This document shows, piece after piece, positions 25,855 to 25,944 of a DNA stretch of 25,944 bases. The stretch spans positions 1 through 25,944 of IMG/VR virus record IMGVR_UViG_3300025103_000138. One strand, written 5' to 3'. This DNA is from a virus. Lineage: Duplodnaviria > Caudoviricetes. Made by a program: the position numbers and the translations under genes. The notes beneath the pieces are model-generated. The model was not told where the DNA came from. It saw only the letters and a list, made by a program, of their open reading frames with translations, and searched no databases. How positions within the stretch are numbered: position 1 is the first letter of the stretch; every line of letters begins with the position of its first letter.

Positions 25855-25944
25855 GGCAAGCCTTAGGGCAAGCCTTAGGGCAAGCCTTAGGGCAAGCCTT
25901 AGGGCAAGCCTTAGGGCAAGCCTTAGGGCAAGCCTTAGGGCAAG
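25855..25944. repeat. Perfect tandem array of 12-bp unit CCTTAGGGCAAG, running off the window end
   Basis: Seven identical units at 25861-25944, preceded by a half unit GGCAAG at 25855-25860. Confidence 0.98.

Noticed and set aside
25855-25944. Terminal array as a CRISPR array
   Set aside because: Units are contiguous 12-mers with no spacers. The Cas4-like gene is an ordinary phage replication exonuclease and no other cas genes are present.
1-25944. Apparent excess of GCCGC/GCGGC pentamers
   Set aside because: The eye count is unreliable and Ala/Gly codon pairs could explain it. A codon-aware k-mer test is needed before any claim.

Overview
The window is part of a lytic, T7-superfamily-like dsDNA podophage genome. 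Its gene set and two-arm layout resemble marine SIO1/cobavirus (Zobellviridae)-type phages. Positions 1-9794 (+) are the distal end of a virion/morphogenesis arm: a membrane protein fragment, several probable internal virion/ejection proteins including a 1663-aa giant, and a small XhlA/holin-like protein. Positions 9791-25714 (-) form a converging replication and early arm: monomeric class II RNR (NrdJ), ThyX, MazG-like NTP pyrophosphohydrolase, DUF3310, Holliday junction resolvase, T7 gp4-like primase-helicase, Cas4-like exonuclease, SSB, an HNH/PD-(D/E)XK fusion, family A DNA polymerase, many small early ORFs, DUF2958 and a C5 cytosine methyltransferase. No RNA polymerase, integrase, tRNA or CRISPR array is seen. 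The window ends in a perfect 12-bp tandem array (CCTTAGGGCAAG)n containing TTAGGG, probably at or near the physical genome end. The most interesting items are that array, a highly structured intergenic element between SSB and the exonuclease, pre-toxin/effector-like cargo and a duplicated 29-aa motif in the giant virion protein, a Cys-initiated C-terminal module on another virion protein, and a two-nuclease fusion. All family calls come from motif recognition by eye; no database search was run.
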